DNA of 64,000 nucleotides from Orbicella franksi. Taxonomy: Eukaryota. The stretch covers positions 30,628,001-30,692,000 of the forward strand of contig OZ116699.1 of assembly GCA_964199315.1 (NCBI GenBank), in the 5' to 3' direction. Within the stretch, counting starts at the first letter, position 1; the number at the start of each line of letters is the position of its first letter. This document shows positions 63,823-64,000 of this stretch, piece after piece. Below the pieces are notes generated by a model. That model had not been told where the DNA came from. It saw only the letters and a list, made by a program, of their open reading frames with translations, and ran no database searches. A program made the position numbers and the translations under genes.

Positions 63823-64000
63823 CTTTGATATGTTGGCGTATTCTAAGGAGTAGAAGGGACAGGAAGGGAAGGTGGAAGAAAGGGATGGGAAGGCAACTGC
63901 GCCAGAAATCAGTTTGATAATTAATCTTGATTCATAAATATCGCTGGGTTCTAATATGTTTAGTGAACGAGTCAGTCGAACGATTTTTTTCTTGGAGCTC

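Overview
Eukaryotic, intron-containing genomic DNA, AT-rich and dense in MITEs and SINEs. The gene and repeat content points to a cnidarian, probably a stony coral (inference). I assembled exons by hand from GT-AG signals and reading phase. Genes in order: (1) a histidine acid phosphatase on the minus strand (exons 1-7, running off the left edge); (2) an intronless NADAR/YbiA-family gene; (3) a second, complete 13-exon lysosomal-type acid phosphatase on the plus strand, head-to-head with the first and containing a GC-AG intron; (4) a 4-exon universal stress protein (USP); (5,6) two convergent intronless orphan ORFs either side of a 144-nt N gap; (7) a 5-exon secreted phospholipase A2, with a candidate antisense gene interleaved in its introns; (8) a 1424-aa predicted receptor with Chlamydia Pmp-like GGA/FxxN repeats, a Cys-rich linker and about 10 hydrophobic segments; (9) a MACPF pore-former with an N-terminal hydrophobic segment and two PAN/apple-like domains, running off the right edge. 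The most notable structural observations are an ancient inverted duplication marked by an identical 32-nt CRE/ETS promoter module, with NADAR in only one arm; the interleaved antisense unit in PLA2; and a 17/18-bp stem that could mask the receptor gene's only 5' splice site. I found no rRNA, true tRNA or CRISPR array. No database searches were run; all family calls rest on motifs recognised by eye.
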